A stretch of 11,742 nt of DNA from Prevotella sp. (GCA_031285625.1 JAITVV010000046.1:1-11742), one strand, 5' to 3'. Positions 1 to 7,003 are shown, numbered from the stretch's first letter. Numbers and translations: made by a program. The notes: a model not told the origin generated them from the sequence alone.

Positions 1-254
1 CGCCTGGCTGAAGCACGACAAGAATAACGGGAAAGCCGCTGTCTTGTAGTGGCTCTGCACTCCTGGCCTCTGTTTCGCAGGCGGGGTACCCAATCCGTAA
101 GCTTAAGGCGTAGAGCAAAATACGGGCGTTGTTATACAGGCATGATGATAAAGCAAAGGACCAATCCGTATTTATTTTGCTCAGCCGTAGCTGCGGTTTT
201 GGGTCGCTGAGAAACGAAGCCTTGATTTTTGTAACTTTTTATCAAGAAAAAGTT
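1..254. repeat. GC-rich structured non-coding element (candidate intergenic repeat/MITE-like element or ncRNA), probably truncated by the window start
   Basis: About 52% GC over 1-220 (hand count), against AT-rich flanks. Complementary pairs: 1-6/78-83, 14-23/42-51, 113-125/166-182 (4-nt bulge), 180-185/206-211, 221-226/241-246 and 233-240/247-254. Direct repeat CCAATCCGTA at 90-99 and 161-170. No credible ORF. Family identity not established. Confidence 0.5.
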
Positions 255-362
255 GAAAGAAATAGAACATATTAAATAACAGTTTTATAGTACTGATTGA
301 CATTAATAATAAACAAATTATCCTACTTTTATAGTTGCTAATAAGTATAAACGAATATAGAA

Positions 363-824
363 ATGAATATTTATAAAGCAACATTGGATGATATAAATGA
401 TCTGATACAGCTTCGTATTGATTTTCTGAAAATGGATAAAGGCTTCCTTTCAAGCGAAGATGAGACGATAATACGCAAACAGTTATATAATTATTTTGAG
501 AAGCATATTCCTTTGGGAGATTTTATTGCGATGATAGGTGAGTCAGATAATAAAATTGCCGCTACAGCTTTTCTTATTCTGCAGGAAAGACCGGCAAATC
601 CATCTTTTATAACTGGCTCGGCCGCAACTTTATTGAATGTAATGACATATCTGGAGTTTAGAAGGAGAGGCATTGCTATGAAGGTTATTGAGGCTTTAAT
701 CAATGAAGCAAAATTGTTAGGAGTCTCTTCTATCGACTTGTTTTCTACTGAAGACGGAAAAGAATTGTACAAAAAGTTAGATTTCATTGAGCCTGCGTAC
801 ACAGCCATGCGCTTAAAGTTATAA
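363..824 (+). CDS. GNAT family N-acetyltransferase
   Basis: 153 aa. N-terminal IYKATLDD, acetyl-CoA motif A (NVMTYLEFRRRGIA) and C-terminal GKELYKKLDF, all typical of GNATs. Confidence 0.9.
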   Translation: MNIYKATLDDINDLIQLRIDFLKMDKGFLSSEDETIIRKQLYNYFEKHIPLGDFIAMIGESDNKIAATAFLILQERPANPSFITGSAATLLNVMTYLEFRRRGIAMKVIEALINEAKLLGVSSIDLFSTEDGKELYKKLDFIEPAYTAMRLKL

Positions 825-834
825 ACCTTACATT

Positions 835-1479
835 ATGGATAACTTTCTTATTGAGCAGATACAGTCTTCTGAAATCGAAGAGGTTAGTATCATTCTAATG
901 AATGCATTTCTTACAAATCCGGCATATGCTGCAGTTTTCAAAGATAAATTTCGATTAGAAGAGGGGTTACAGTGGTTATTCAGGGCTAGTTTATCAATCA
1001 ATAATCAGAGGCAAGCATTAACAATGGTTGTAAAAGAGAGGAACTCCATGAAAATAATCGGAACATTTACATTAATACCACCTCAGGGAGTTAAAAGAAA
1101 TATCCGAGTATATACAAAAATTGGGATATGGAGTTTTATTTCAAAATTTGGATTTTACACTTTAATAAGAATGCTTAATTTAGATTCTATAAATAAGGAT
1201 CTACTGATTAAATCATTGAAGAGTTCTAAACACTATTATTTGTCAATGGTTGTAATAAAAGAGGAATATAGGGGTAAAGGAATAGCCTCTTTCGCTTTGA
1301 AGCAGACTATAAATAATCTTATTGACTCTAATCCTACCTGCCGTGTGATCGGATTAACAACACAGCTCCCTGAGAATGTAGTATTTTATTCCCGGTTAGG
1401 ATTCAATAAACTCGATGAAGGATATGTTACTTTTAAAGAAAGTAAGTATTATAATTATACTATGAAGTATGATCTATGA
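835..1479 (+). CDS. GNAT family N-acetyltransferase
   Basis: 214 aa. Motif A (YYLSMVVIKEEYRGKGIA) and motif B (NVVFYSRLGF). Starts 10 bp after the upstream GNAT, so likely co-transcribed. Confidence 0.88.
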   Translation: MDNFLIEQIQSSEIEEVSIILMNAFLTNPAYAAVFKDKFRLEEGLQWLFRASLSINNQRQALTMVVKERNSMKIIGTFTLIPPQGVKRNIRVYTKIGIWSFISKFGFYTLIRMLNLDSINKDLLIKSLKSSKHYYLSMVVIKEEYRGKGIASFALKQTINNLIDSNPTCRVIGLTTQLPENVVFYSRLGFNKLDEGYVTFKESKYYNYTMKYDL

Positions 1480-1489
1480 TAACTGGCTT

Positions 1490-1527
1490 AAAAATAAAAA
1501 ATCTCTCCAAATTAATTGAAGAGATTT
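1490..1527 (-). terminator. Intrinsic terminator downstream of tRNA-Leu (possibly bidirectional)
   Basis: AAATCTCT (1499-1506) pairs with AGAGATTT (1520-1527), extended by CAA/TTG with a G-U pair on the minus strand. The A-tract at 1490-1498 gives the U-tail. Lies between the convergent GNAT and tRNA. Confidence 0.7.
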
Positions 1528-1535
1528 CCATGTTG

Positions 1536-1617
1536 TGCGGATGAAGGGACTCGAACCCCCACGCCTCTCAGCACCAGATCCTAAGTCTGGCGTGGCTACC
1601 AATTACACCACATCCGC
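1536..1617 (-). tRNA. tRNA-Leu (anticodon TAG)
   Basis: Minus strand reads GCGGATGTGGTGTAATTGGTAGCCACGCCAGACTTAGGATCTGGTGCTGAGAGGCGTGGGGGTTCGAGTCCCTTCATCCGCA. Acceptor stem GCGGATG/CATCCGC, anticodon arm CCAGA-CTTAGGA-TCTGG, long variable arm and GTTCGAG T-loop. CCA is not encoded. Confidence 0.97.
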
Positions 1618-1638
1618 GGCTTACTGTGTTAGCGGGTA

Positions 1639-1665
1639 CAAAGATATAATAAATTGTTTTTCAAA
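1639..1665 (-). promoter_or_regulatory. Bacteroidota sigmaABfr-type promoter for tRNA-Leu
   Basis: Minus-strand TATCTTTG (1646-1639) matches the -7 box TAnnTTTG. TTTG at 1665-1662 is a candidate -33 box. Confidence 0.65.
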
Positions 1666-1678
1666 CAATACTAAAACT

Positions 1679-1726
1679 AAAAAAAATAATAGCATATAGA
1701 TTAAAATCCTTATTTATATGCTATTA
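1679..1726 (-). terminator. Intrinsic terminator downstream of the CDGSH gene
   Basis: Perfect 12-bp stem TAATAGCATATA (1687-1698) / TATATGCTATTA (1715-1726), followed by an 8-U tract on the minus strand (A-run 1679-1686). Confidence 0.75.
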
Positions 1727-1750
1727 CTTACTCTGTTTTTTACTCCTTTA

Positions 1751-2008
1751 CTAGTCTTTAAATCCTATTTTAGCATGTGAACCGTCGCAGTAAGGCTTAT
1801 TTTTAGATGCACCACATCTGCATAGATGTGGATTGTCTTTAATTACACAGGTCCCATCAGCAAGGATTAGTTCGACAGTACCTTCTACCAATAATGGAGC
1901 GTTAGGAATAACTTTGATTTTTAATAATGGTAACTAATAAAAAGGTAACAAAAGTGACACTTTTTTAGTATGTTTTCCAGTGTTACTTTCCTCTTCAACA
2001 AGTTTCAT
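1751..2008 (-). pseudogene. CDGSH iron-sulfur domain protein, interrupted by an in-frame TAG at codon 25 (not in ORF track)
   Basis: Hand translation: MKLVEEESNTGKHTKKVSLLLPFY*LPLLKIKVIPNAPLLVEGTVELILADGTCVIKDNPHLCRCGASKNKPYCDGSHAKIGFKD*. The C-x-C-x2-S-x3-P-x-CDGSH motif is intact. Internal stop at 1936-1934; terminator downstream. Confidence 0.85.
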
Positions 2009-2086
2009 AATACCTCATCTATTAGATAATTTTCATATTAACTAATGGAGAAATATACTAAAGGAGAGTATAATGTTTTACATCAC

Positions 2087-2878
2087 TTAGAATCCACGTT
2101 GGCGCATAGCTTCGAAAGTAAGAATAGCCGTAGAAACAGAAACATTGAGTGAATCTATCTTACCCCTCATTGGAATCTTTATACGATAATCGGCATTTTG
2201 CAACCAGAAAGGTGTCAGCCCATCAGCTTCGGTACCCATCACAATAGCTGAAGGTTGGGTGAAATCAGTGTCCTGATACCATTGTGAAGCTTCTAATTCT
2301 GCAGCAAATGATTTGATACCCTTCTTATGTAAAAAATCCAACGCTTCTTGTGATGAACATACTGCAGTTTGCACTGTAAATAAACATCCGACACTGGAAC
2401 GAATCGTATTGGGATTGTAAATATCTGTTGCCGGATCGCATATAATAACAGCATCAGCCTGTGCAGCATCAATCGTCCGAAGCACAGCTCCTAAGTTTCC
2501 CGGCTTTTCCACAGCTTCCAGAAGTATAAGTAAAGGATTGGCAGTTAGCTTTAAATCAGTCAAAGTATGGCTTTTCTGCTTAGCTAAAGTAAGCAACCCA
2601 TCCGAGCCTTCCCTATATGCTATTTTTTCAAAAACAATTTTCGATACTTCAAATAATTTGCTTTCGACAATGGATTTAAGTACTCTTGGATAATCAGTTT
2701 TTATAAACAATTCGGGGCAAACAAATACAGAGTCTATTTCATATCCTGCAGCGAGAGCTAAGCTTAATTCACGGGCACCTTCTATTATAAAAAGATTCTG
2801 TGCTCTGCGTTCTTTACTTTTCGATAGCTTTACAATATTCTTAATTTTCGGATTTTGCAGGCTGGTTATTTTCTCCAT
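2087..2878 (-). CDS. TrmH/SpoU family RNA 2'-O-methyltransferase
   Basis: SPOUT motifs EKPGNLGAVLRT, VMGTEADGL and IPMRGKIDSLNVSVS; N-terminal ITSLQNP. Start taken as MEKITS (2878); an alternative ATG lies at 2887. Confidence 0.93.
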   Translation of the reverse strand: MEKITSLQNPKIKNIVKLSKSKERRAQNLFIIEGARELSLALAAGYEIDSVFVCPELFIKTDYPRVLKSIVESKLFEVSKIVFEKIAYREGSDGLLTLAKQKSHTLTDLKLTANPLLILLEAVEKPGNLGAVLRTIDAAQADAVIICDPATDIYNPNTIRSSVGCLFTVQTAVCSSQEALDFLHKKGIKSFAAELEASQWYQDTDFTQPSAIVMGTEADGLTPFWLQNADYRIKIPMRGKIDSLNVSVSTAILTFEAMRQRGF

Positions 2879-2903
2879 TATGTTCATTGTTATTATCCAA
2901 ATA

Positions 2904-2911
2904 CAAAAATA
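2904..2911 (-). promoter_or_regulatory. -7 promoter box for the TrmH-family gene
   Basis: Minus-strand TATTTTTG matches TAnnTTTG, about 25 bp upstream of the start. Confidence 0.55.
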
Positions 2912-2943
2912 AGTATTAATTACAAATCTCTACATCTAAAATT

Positions 2944-2978
2944 AAAAAGGTTGTCTCTTAGAATCAGAGACAACCTTT
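2944..2978 (-). terminator. Intrinsic terminator of the OmpA/MotB gene
   Basis: Perfect 13-bp stem AAAGGTTGTCTCT (2946-2958) / AGAGACAACCTTT (2966-2978), 7-nt loop and U-rich tail on the minus strand. Confidence 0.85.
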
Positions 2979-3001
2979 ATTACTAATTATTATTACGATT
3001 A

Positions 3002-3871
3002 TTAATTTGTATCAGAAGAACTTTGTGGCGCCTGATCGATCAATTCCATAAACTGATCCAGTTTCGGCGTAATGATAATCTGAGTCCTACGGTTACGAGC
3101 CTTGCCTTCAACAGTGCTGTTGCTTGCAATCGGATTGTATTCTCCACGTCCGGCTGCGGTCAGACGTTTTGGATCAACCCCGTAAGTATTCTGTAAGGCC
3201 TGAACAACAGAAGATGCCCTTAATGTACTTAGATCCCAGTTGTTACGAATATTAGGACGTGAAATAGGGTCTGTATCGGTATTACCTTCTACTAATACAT
3301 CATAATCCCTATAATCCATAATAATCTTAGCAATCTTATTAAGGATTTCTCCCGCCTGATCACTTATTTCATAACCTCCTGAACGATACAGCATCCTGTC
3401 ATCCAAAGAAATATATACAACCCCCTTCAGCACTTTGATATCCAAATCCTGCATCTCGTCGCGGGTAAGCGAACGGGTCAGATTATTTATCATCACAAGA
3501 TTTAAAGAATCGGATCTGTTCTTCGCTTGTACCAGATGCTGGATAAAACGGTTAGACGCATTGATCTCATCCACCAGCTTTGCAATATTCACATTACCCT
3601 GAGAATTCTGCGAAAGGCTCTTATTCAATGAATTCTGCATCTCGGCATAAGCTGCACGCAGCTCTTCATTATTTCTCCGCGCTTCAGTTAATCTCTCTTC
3701 CAGGCTTGTTACACGGGTACGGCTTTCGGCCAGTTGCAACTGACTTTCCCTCAATTCTGATTGCACCCGGTTGTAGTCTGTTTCCAATCTCGTAAATTGC
3801 TTTTTGCTTACACAGCTTGTAAGCATTATACTTGCTGTTAATATCAACAGCGACCAAAAAGAATACTTCAT
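3002..3871 (-). CDS. OmpA/MotB-like peptidoglycan-binding lipoprotein with an N-terminal coiled coil
   Basis: From ATG 3871: signal peptide MKYSFWSLLILTASIMLTS-C (lipobox) and a heptad-rich segment. C-terminal OmpA-like domain with VEGNTD, NWDLSTLRA, GRGEYNP and NRRTQI. The ORF track's TTG start at 3922 is probably too long. Confidence 0.9.
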   Translation of the reverse strand: MKYSFWSLLILTASIMLTSCVSKKQFTRLETDYNRVQSELRESQLQLAESRTRVTSLEERLTEARRNNEELRAAYAEMQNSLNKSLSQNSQGNVNIAKLVDEINASNRFIQHLVQAKNRSDSLNLVMINNLTRSLTRDEMQDLDIKVLKGVVYISLDDRMLYRSGGYEISDQAGEILNKIAKIIMDYRDYDVLVEGNTDTDPISRPNIRNNWDLSTLRASSVVQALQNTYGVDPKRLTAAGRGEYNPIASNSTVEGKARNRRTQIIITPKLDQFMELIDQAPQSSSDTN

Positions 3872-3983
3872 AATTCTTAATATTAAAATATCACTATTAG
3901 TTATAACAATAATAATCTTCAATTGTTTGAGAATTTTTCAAGGTAAATTATGCTAATACACAAAGCAACAGTGATATACCTAA

Positions 3984-4020
3984 ATAAAATATCCATATGC
4001 AATTTCTCACATATGGATAT
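3984..4020 (-). terminator. Intrinsic terminator of the transaldolase gene
   Basis: 11-bp stem ATATCCATATG (3989-3999) / CATATGGATAT (4010-4020) with a U-rich tail on the minus strand, about 20 bp after the stop. Confidence 0.75.
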
Positions 4021-4039
4021 CCTATATTTTAAGTTTGTA

Positions 4040-4696
4040 TTATCCGTTTACCTTCTTATAGTCTGCAAGGAAGGTAGCCAATCCGCTATCTGTAAGCGGA
4101 TGTTTTAACAGTCCTTTTATTGCAGGAAGAGGACAAGTTGCCACATCGGCTCCCACCTCAATACATTGGATAATATGTTGAGTACTACGTATAGAAGCAG
4201 CTAATACCTGAGTTTTCATATCATAGGTGGCATACATATCCACAATTTTGCTCACAAGTTCTATTCCATCACTGGAAATATCATCCAGACGGCCTACAAA
4301 CGGAGAAACATATGTTGCTCCGGCTTTTGCAGCCAGTAAAGCCTGCCCTACCGAAAATATCAATGTACAGTTGGTCCGTATACCTTTCTTGCTAAAATAT
4401 TTAATGGCTTTGATACCATCCTCAATACATGGAACCTTTACAACAATATTTTTATGAAGCGCAGCTAATTCCTCCCCTTCGCGAATCATACCTTCATAAT
4501 CGGTAGCAATAACTTCCGCACTAACATCTCCATCTACAATCTTACATATCTCCAGATAATGATTACGTTGATTGTCTACACCTTTAATACCTTCTTTAGC
4601 CATTAATGACGGATTAGTTGTCACTCCATCCAATACTCCTAAATCATTTGCTTCACGGATCTGATCCAGATTAGCTGTGTCGATAAAAAATTTCAT
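4040..4696 (-). CDS. fsa: Transaldolase, small TalC/FSA-type (usually annotated fructose-6-phosphate aldolase)
   Basis: 218 aa. Motifs [17 protein letters not shown], Schiff-base lysine in [22 protein letters not shown] and HPLTD. Confidence 0.95.
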   Translation of the reverse strand: MKFFIDTANLDQIREANDLGVLDGVTTNPSLMAKEGIKGVDNQRNHYLEICKIVDGDVSAEVIATDYEGMIREGEELAALHKNIVVKVPCIEDGIKAIKYFSKKGIRTNCTLIFSVGQALLAAKAGATYVSPFVGRLDDISSDGIELVSKIVDMYATYDMKTQVLAASIRSTQHIIQCIEVGADVATCPLPAIKGLLKHPLTDSGLATFLADYKKVNG

Positions 4697-4839
4697 GTTA
4701 TTGTATTTAGTTATTTGTAGAATACTATTCCTCTAATATCCGAATATATTTTAATAAAAACAACTACAAGCAGAATATTGTTTGATCTATATTAACTATT
4801 TTAAATATTGCTAAACACTGATTTAATAGGAAAAAATTA

Positions 4840-4847
4840 TATATTTG
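4840..4847 (+). promoter_or_regulatory. -7 promoter box for marR
   Basis: TATATTTG matches TAnnTTTG, about 30 bp upstream of ATG 4877. Confidence 0.65.
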
Positions 4848-4852
4848 AAAGC

Positions 4853-4868
4853 TAAACTTATAAGTTTA
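4853..4868. promoter_or_regulatory. Perfect 16-bp palindrome, putative MarR operator
   Basis: TAAACTTATAAGTTTA is self-complementary and lies between the -7 box and the marR start codon. Confidence 0.7.
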
Positions 4869-4876
4869 ACTACTTA

Positions 4877-5305
4877 ATGAATATAGCTAATTTATCATCT
4901 TCACTTCGGACGGCTGTTTCAACACTAAATAAGAGACTAAGGAAACAGGATTATTCATCGGAAAACTATTCCATCACCGAGATAGAAACAATGGGTTATC
5001 TACATCGAAAAGGGAACTTGTCTCCATCTGAACTGGCTGGTTTGACAAAAATAAGACCTCAGTCGATGTCATCTATATTAGATAAATTTGAAGAGCAAAA
5101 ATTAATCAAGCGAATACCCTCTAAAGAGGATAAAAGAAAAATCCATGTAGCGCTGACTACCTCAGGGAAAAAGATAGTTGAGAAAACCCGCTATGAAAGG
5201 GATGGCTGGTTAACGAAAAATATCGATAAGACACTTACAGACAAAGAGAAGAAAACACTCAAAAAAGCGATTGAAATACTAAACAGACTGGCAGAAGCAG
5301 AATAA
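4877..5305 (+). CDS. MarR family transcriptional regulator
   Basis: 142 aa winged HTH with SPSELA...QSMSSILDKFE and wing IKRIPSKEDKRKIHVALTTSG. Confidence 0.93.
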   Translation: MNIANLSSSLRTAVSTLNKRLRKQDYSSENYSITEIETMGYLHRKGNLSPSELAGLTKIRPQSMSSILDKFEEQKLIKRIPSKEDKRKIHVALTTSGKKIVEKTRYERDGWLTKNIDKTLTDKEKKTLKKAIEILNRLAEAE

Positions 5306-5307
5306 TC

Positions 5308-6012
5308 CTAGAAGAAATAGGAAAGAATAACAACAATCACCAAAGCCGGAAGCATATTTGTTACATTGATCTCTCTTATCTTAAGAATATTAATAGCAAG
5401 GCCGATCAGGAGAATACCCCCTACCCCTGTCATATTTTCGGTCATACCCTCACTCATATAGCGCATGATAAAAGCTGCAAAAAGAGTTAACCCACCTTGG
5501 TAGATCAATACTGGTACGGAAGAAAACAGAATACAAATTCCGAAAGAAGAAGCCAGGGCAATAGCAGAGATACCATCCATAATAGATTTAGTATATAGCA
5601 GGTTAGGTGTTTTGCCCATACCATCTTCAATAGCCCCCAGAATAGCCATGGAACCGATACAAAAAAGCATAGATGCAGTTATAAAGCCTTCTGAGAAACG
5701 GTTGGGCTGAATAATTGTTTCATCCGATTTTTTTACCTTACGCCTGCTTTTCTTTTGCAAATAATCAGAAAATCGCCTCAAATACTTATCAATGTCGATC
5801 AACTGGCCGATTACGGTTCCCAACACAATACTGACTACTACCAGAATCATACTTTGGATATGCAAACACATTGAAATACCAATTGCCAGAGTTAGCAAGC
5901 CAATACCCTGAAAAACAATGTGTGTCATTTTAGGAGATAACCGGGAATGAACCATCATCCCCACTAAGCTACCCGCAATAATAGCTCCCGTGTTAACTAA
6001 TGTGCCAACCAT
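5308..6012 (-). CDS. DUF554 family (YdfK/YqgA-like) membrane protein
   Basis: Starts MVGTLVNTGAIIAGS; multiple TM helices; conserved FCIGSMAILGAIEDG, KSIMDG, YQG and NMLPAL. ATG 6012 is preferred because the TTG at 6036 overlaps a promoter box. Confidence 0.9.
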   Translation of the reverse strand: MVGTLVNTGAIIAGSLVGMMVHSRLSPKMTHIVFQGIGLLTLAIGISMCLHIQSMILVVVSIVLGTVIGQLIDIDKYLRRFSDYLQKKSRRKVKKSDETIIQPNRFSEGFITASMLFCIGSMAILGAIEDGMGKTPNLLYTKSIMDGISAIALASSFGICILFSSVPVLIYQGGLTLFAAFIMRYMSEGMTENMTGVGGILLIGLAINILKIREINVTNMLPALVIVVILSYFF

Positions 6013-6033
6013 AGATTGTAAAATCAATTTAGA

Positions 6034-6041
6034 CAAAAATA
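6034..6041 (-). promoter_or_regulatory. -7 promoter box for the DUF554 gene
   Basis: Minus-strand TATTTTTG, 21 bp upstream of ATG 6012. Confidence 0.55.
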
Positions 6042-6130
6042 GAAAATATATTTATCTTTTGTTTTGCTGACCGTGATTATTTTAGCAAATTGTCATTCTG
6101 TTAAATAATACGTTTACATTTGTTCTCACA

Positions 6131-7003
6131 TCAGAATATAGTATTAGCATCATCAGGTAGTTTATTCACTTGTTTTAGGTATTTTGTTACTCTCTTGTCA
6201 TCTTGTTCCTGATAAATATACCCCAGCCTTTCAGCAACAAATAATGCTGTTTCCCTGAATAAATCTGTCATTGTGAAAAGAGATGTCCAGCAATCTTCAT
6301 AATTGCTGTTCTTGTAAGTGCTCAATAATAATTCCCATTCATTTTTAGTAATAAACTGTGGAAGGTATTTATAATCCTTACCCACACTTTTTTTGTACTC
6401 GGTGAGAATCCCGGCTTTCCACCCTAGCATTCGTAGTAAACTGGGACGTACATAATCATTTATATGTGCATTAGCATATAAAATTTCTTTTCTCCACAAG
6501 CCCTTGGCTACATATGTAGAAACCCACCAAAACTCGTTACAGCAATCTGCAAAATATTCTCTTGTGGGTGGTTTTATATGATAATCTTCATCAGAAGGTC
6601 CGGGCAAAACAGGAAAAAGTCCATCTTTGTCAAGCAATATCTTTATCAATTTATCACTTTTAATATATAGATCCGTTTCATTAACAGGTATAAGCTTCAG
6701 GTCAATTCTATTACCATCAGTAAATAACATAAGATACGAGAACCAGTTTCCCAAGCTAGGCGGGAATAGAGACATTATTTCAGGGGTCTGCATAATGATT
6801 CTCTCCCCAAAAATATCGATCCAATGCTCATTGGAAAGAAAAGATTCTTTATCAGTAACAAAGTAGGAAATATCATAATCCTGAAAAATATCTTTAGGTA
6901 CATTAGCATTTGCCCTTGATCCCTCCATCCCGACTGCACGTATCCGGGAATCACTTTTGGCAAAGTCAAGTATTAAATCAAATACTTCTTTCTCTGTTCT
7001 CAT
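6131..7003 (-). CDS. aadK: Aminoglycoside 6-adenylyltransferase family protein (ANT(6), AadK/AadE-like)
   Basis: 290 aa. N-terminus MRTEKEV...RIRAVGMEGSRAN...KDIFQDYDISYFV has the nucleotidyltransferase GS and DxD motifs. Also YLMLFTDGNRIDL and NEFWWVSTYVAKGLWR, as in AadK/ANT(6). Family-level call, not an exact allele. Confidence 0.92.
   Translation of the reverse strand: MRTEKEVFDLILDFAKSDSRIRAVGMEGSRANANVPKDIFQDYDISYFVTDKESFLSNEHWIDIFGERIIMQTPEIMSLFPPSLGNWFSYLMLFTDGNRIDLKLIPVNETDLYIKSDKLIKILLDKDGLFPVLPGPSDEDYHIKPPTREYFADCCNEFWWVSTYVAKGLWRKEILYANAHINDYVRPSLLRMLGWKAGILTEYKKSVGKDYKYLPQFITKNEWELLLSTYKNSNYEDCWTSLFTMTDLFRETALFVAERLGYIYQEQDDKRVTKYLKQVNKLPDDANTIF

Noticed and set aside
183-200. 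AGCCGTA resembling the start of group II intron domain V
   Set aside because: The hairpin is far too short, lacks the upper stem and bulge of D5, and has no D6 or RT gene nearby.
181-453. 90-aa minus-strand ORF
   Set aside because: Overlaps the GNAT start, the AT-rich intergenic region and the structured element; biased composition and no motif.
491-808. 105-aa minus-strand ORF
   Set aside because: Antisense shadow of the GNAT gene.
1812-1831. 8-bp hairpin CCACATCT-GCAT-AGATGTGG in the CDGSH gene as a recoding signal
   Set aside because: About 100 nt downstream of the stop and explained by PHLCRCG coding; the stop is TAG, not a Sec TGA.
2022-2036. Tiny upstream ORF MKII* before the CDGSH gene
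   Set aside because: Expected by chance in AT-rich DNA; no supporting signal.
3580-3795. 71-aa plus-strand ORF
   Set aside because: Antisense shadow of the OmpA/MotB gene.
4227-4457. 76-aa plus-strand ORF
   Set aside because: Antisense shadow of transaldolase.
6079-6106. dif-like site after ant(6) (TTCTGTTAAAT resembles a XerD arm)
   Set aside because: The XerC arm matches poorly, no partner site was seen on the other side of the gene, and chance similarity is likely in AT-rich DNA.
6627-6969. 79-aa (+) and 64-aa (-) ORFs within ant(6)
   Set aside because: Antisense and out-of-frame shadows of a well-supported gene.
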